From an uncultured archaeon (lineage in GTDB: Archaea > Iainarchaeota > Iainarchaeia > Iainarchaeales > 0-14-0-20-30-16): 6,922 bases of DNA. A program made the position numbers and the translations under genes. The stretch lies in contig CAZMCX010000029.1 of the NCBI GenBank assembly GCA_964565125.1, forward strand, positions 2,084 through 9,005, read 5' to 3'. Of this stretch, positions 5,956 to 6,922 are shown in pieces (position 1 is the stretch's first letter; each line of letters starts with the position of its first letter). The notes beneath the pieces were generated by a model. The model was not told where the DNA came from. It did no database searches and saw only the letters and a program-made list of their open reading frames with translations.

Positions 5956-6114
5956 ATGTCAGTAAATTATTCTATTGCCAGTGGGCCGGGTGCCTGCACA
6001 TGTAGTGGTTGTGTTCATTACAAGCCATTTCCAGATAATCCAAAGAAAGGGAAATGCTTTAGTAGCGAAGTAGAATGCTCGGGGCATTGTAAGTTCTTTA
6101 GATATAAAAGATAA
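5956..6114 (+). CDS. Small cysteine-rich protein (52 aa, 6 Cys), probable metal or Fe-S binding; not in the supplied ORF track
   Basis: Translation checked codon by codon: MSVNYSIASGPGACTCSGCVHYKPFPDNPKKGKCFSSEVECSGHCKFFRYKR. GGGGGGTGGT (5941-5950) lies 5 nt upstream of the ATG, and an in-frame stop sits two codons (6 nt) upstream of the ATG. G+C is locally elevated. An 8-bp terminator hairpin begins at the stop codon. Confidence 0.6.
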   Translation: MSVNYSIASGPGACTCSGCVHYKPFPDNPKKGKCFSSEVECSGHCKFFRYKR

Positions 6115-6136
6115 ATTCCCTTTGGGGAATTTTCTT
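6113..6136 (+). terminator. Stem-loop plus T-rich tail directly after the small ORF
   Basis: aaattccc (6113-6120) pairs perfectly with gggaattt (6125-6132), loop tttg, followed by tctt. Confidence 0.5.
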
Positions 6137-6174
6137 AGATCCAGAAATAATTTCTGTAGGAAATTACTTTCTTG

Positions 6175-6205
6175 ATAAGAGATAGTTTGTTATCTCTTAT
6201 TTTTT
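6175..6205 (+). terminator. 10-bp perfect stem-loop followed by T5
   Basis: ataagagata (6175-6184) pairs with tatctcttat (6191-6200), loop gtttgt, then ttttt (6201-6205). The minus-strand side of the same region carries long T-runs just after the toxin stop, so this is a convergent termination zone. Confidence 0.5.
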
Positions 6206-6240
6206 GCATAAAAGAAAAAAATAAAGAAAAGAATAAAAAC

Positions 6241-6501
6241 TCACCTGAATCTTTTATAATAATCTTCGTATTCTTTGTGTGTTTTAAAACAACGTAAAAT
6301 GTAGATTGTGTCGTTTTCTATATTAAATATAAACCTAGCTTGTTTTGTGATCTTTTCAACAAAAAATGGCACCCCAAATTTAAAATGTTTTTTAGATGGA
6401 TGTATTTTCATTTTTTCAGAATGGTCTAAAAACTGTTTTTGTAATTTTCTATCTTGCTTTTTTAGGTCTCTTAAAGCACCATCCTTAAAAATTAAATTCA
6501 T
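6241..6501 (-). CDS. Type II toxin, RelE/ParE superfamily
   Basis: 86 aa. The C-terminal ARFIFNIENDTIYILRCFKTHKEYE matches the recalled yRiiY.i.d..i.il.i.hRkeaY pattern. The start is 4 nt after the stop of an upstream RHH gene, which is canonical antitoxin-toxin order. Confidence 0.85.
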   Translation of the reverse strand: MNLIFKDGALRDLKKQDRKLQKQFLDHSEKMKIHPSKKHFKFGVPFFVEKITKQARFIFNIENDTIYILRCFKTHKEYEDYYKRFR

Positions 6502-6505
6502 CTGA

Positions 6506-6763
6506 TCACAAACCTAATTTTTGTTTTATTTCATCCAAAGTATAAGTTTTTGCTTTTCCACTTCTGATATCCTTCATTTCATATTCTCTTGCTTTGTTTA
6601 TTAATTCAACTTCTTCTCTGGTTACTCCATCGAAATATTTATGATAAAGTTCTAAAAGCCCAGCCCTGATTGCTTCACTTTTTGTATTGAAATATCCTTC
6701 TTTAATTAAGTCATCCATTATTTGTTCTTGTTTTCCTTTTAATCTTACAACAAATTCACCCAT
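6506..6763 (-). CDS. Type II antitoxin with N-terminal ribbon-helix-helix (CopG/ParD-like) DNA-binding domain
   Basis: 85 aa. FVVRLKGKQEQIMDDLIKEGYFNTKSEAIRAGLLEL has the beta-strand/helix/helix RHH pattern. AGGAG SD (plus-strand ctcct, 6773-6777) lies 9 nt upstream of the ATG. Confidence 0.85.
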   Translation of the reverse strand: MGEFVVRLKGKQEQIMDDLIKEGYFNTKSEAIRAGLLELYHKYFDGVTREEVELINKAREYEMKDIRSGKAKTYTLDEIKQKLGL

Positions 6764-6820
6764 GTATATCTACTCCTATATCTGTGTCGTATAAAAACTA
6801 GTTTAGAAATATTTAAAAAG
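6764..6820 (-). promoter_or_regulatory. Putative toxin-antitoxin promoter/operator
   Basis: Minus-strand TTTAAATA (plus-strand 6809-6816) is TATA-like. Two AGATATA direct repeats (plus-strand tatatct at 6765-6771 and 6777-6783) bracket the SD. Confidence 0.35.
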
Positions 6821-6850
6821 ATATGTTTTTAGTATCAAAATGGTATTACA

Positions 6851-6922
<72 letters not shown>

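Noticed and set aside
6308-6505. 65-aa + strand ORF opposite the RelE-like toxin
   Set aside because: It is an antisense shadow ORF with a Phe/Cys/Ser-rich, nonsense-like product. The opposite strand has a clear family signature and operon logic.

Overview
This is an AT-rich window (roughly one third G+C by eye) that reads as archaeal chromosome, probably from a small-genome DPANN-like lineage. The archaeal assignment rests on a class I (archaeal-type) CCA-adding enzyme, a FlaI/PilB-type secretion ATPase, and a tRNA gene without an encoded CCA. All family assignments are by-eye motif recognition; no searches were run.

Layout, left to right:
- (-) T2SSE-family ATPase.
- A divergent AT-rich promoter region.
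- (+) cca, then three tightly packed or overlapping genes: a nucleoside 2-deoxyribosyltransferase/DNPH1-like small protein, a class I SAM methyltransferase, and a TtcA/TtuA/NcsA-type PP-loop tRNA thiolase.
- (+) A cold-shock protein with a charged C-terminal tail.
- (-) A 185-aa membrane protein that looks like a voltage-sensor-like S1-S4 module with no pore.
- A ~500-bp gap holding a 52-aa, six-cysteine ORF that is absent from the supplied ORF track. It has the best Shine-Dalgarno in the window and tandem terminator hairpins.
- (-) An RHH-antitoxin/RelE-ParE-toxin pair.
- (-) tRNA-Thr(GGU), ending flush with the window edge.

No CRISPR array, transposase, integrase or rRNA is visible.

The leads most worth following are the unlisted Cys-rich mini-protein (HiPIP-like or TRASH-like cysteine spacing), the pore-less voltage-sensor-like protein, and the two uncharacterised enzymes wedged between two tRNA-maturation enzymes.
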